35,596 nucleotides of DNA, from the NCBI RefSeq assembly GCF_001194135.2, contig NC_068981.1:12432183-12467778 (forward strand), read 5' to 3'. Of this stretch, positions 34,475 to 35,596 are shown in pieces (the stretch's first letter is position 1; every line of letters begins with the position of its first letter). This DNA is from Octopus bimaculoides (lineage: Eukaryota). The position numbers were made by a program, and so were the translations under genes. The notes beneath the pieces are model-generated. The model saw only the letters and a list, made by a program, of their open reading frames with translations. It searched no databases and had not been told where the DNA came from.

Positions 34475-35529
34475 CAGAAGCCCTCACATTCAAACTATCA
34501 GTTGCAGCATCACCGTTTCTATCAATATAGCTCCTCCCGTCCTCATTATTATTACATGTATATATGTATATATNNNNNNNNNNNNNNNNNNNNNNNNNNN
34601 NNNNNNNNNNNNNNNNNNNNNNNNNNNNNNNNNNNNNNNNNNNNNNNNNNNNNNNNNNNNNNNNNNNNNNNNNNNNNNNNNNNNNNNNNNNNNNNNNNNN
34701 NNNNNNNNNNNNNNNNNNNNNNNNNNNNNNNNNNNNNNNNNNNNNNNNNNNNNNNNNNNNNNNNNNNNNNNNNNNNNNNNNNNNNNNNNNNNNNNNNNNN
34801 NNNNNNNNNNNNNNNNNNNNNNNNNNNNNNNNNNNNNNNNNNNNNNNNNNNNNNNNNNNNNNNNNNNNNNNNNNNNNNNNNNNNNNNNNNNNNNNNNNNN
34901 NNNNNNNNNNNNNNNNNNNNNNNNNNNNNNNNNNTCTACATGTATATATAGATGCACATCTGGGTACATGACGTTGCAAAAAAACAGGGACAAACAGATA
35001 AACAAGGTACAGAAAACACACAGACCTCTTAGAGAACATTTCCTTCATCAGCTGCCACCATTATAACACTGGCGTGCACACTTTGCACAGTTCTTATTTG
35101 GTTCATGTTTGTAACATTTTCCTGCGACGTGCTTTCTCGGGCCCATTTCATATAGTATTTTTCCGTCATCATTTTGTCACCGTTCTTCCTTTATATTATC
35201 TTTTCCCACTATCTACGCAGGATAATGCACCGTTACTTCGCACATTAACCACAACAATTATCATCTCAGGTGTGTTGAATACGATTGTGCGGGTATATGT
35301 GTTTGTGTCTGTCTGTATAAAGCAATATTTTACTCTCTATAAAATGTACTTTCTATAAAATTTCCTTCAGTTTCACCCTGCAGGTCAGTGCAAAATCACT
35401 ATCGAGCATTAAGCAATATATAACTGAACTGTTACTGCTTTATACAATAAAATATATTTGCCCTCTAAGTACTGAGTTCTATAGCAGACAGAATTCAAAC
35501 ATCAGAGAATGATTGAATACTGTATATCA

Positions 35530-35559
35530 CTGTATATACATATATATATATATATATTT

Positions 35560-35596
<37 letters not shown>
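35530..35596. repeat. (TA)n microsatellite
   Basis: Directly visible at the window end. Confidence 0.9.

Noticed and set aside
35045-35051. CTGATGA on the minus strand within a repeat-like segment (34935-35075)
   Set aside because: No matching stem II, GAAA and NUH arrangement in this copy.
1086-35066. Long ORFs in the track rich in X, YI/HT/VC/ER or poly-L/I/Y
   Set aside because: They are translations of N-gaps and di-, tri- or tetranucleotide microsatellites, not genes.
1-35596. CRISPR arrays, rRNA, true tRNA genes, prokaryotic operons or defence systems
   Set aside because: None seen. The tRNA-like boxes belong to SINE heads, and the direct repeats occur only as pairs, not regularly spaced arrays.

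Overview
AT-rich, microsatellite-dense eukaryotic intronic or intergenic DNA from a fragmented short-read assembly with 11 N-gaps. I recognise the tRNA-derived SINEs and other repeats from octopus genomes, so the source is most likely Octopus; this is recognition from memory, not a database search. No host protein-coding gene can be confidently called, and most ORFs in the track are translations of microsatellites or gaps. The supportable content is transposon-derived: (i) three or four Penelope-like element (PLE) pieces, including an uninterrupted GIY-YIG endonuclease domain (14966-15328) followed across a gap by a near-canonical minimal type I hammerhead ribozyme (16396-16484), a second, inactivated hammerhead (~22896-22940), and a Cys-linker fragment of another PLE (34256-34474); (ii) two R4/Dong-type restriction-like-endonuclease LINE fragments sitting in (TAA)n/(GAT)n microsatellites; (iii) a 565-bp fold-back mariner derivative built from two 3' ends; (iv) a Helentron-type non-autonomous element; (v) several SINEs, one nested in another retroelement with a perfect 11-bp target-site duplication. 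A few isolated exon-like segments are listed at low confidence. I found no clearly new biological system; the ribozyme-bearing PLE and the palindromic mariner are the most interesting items.
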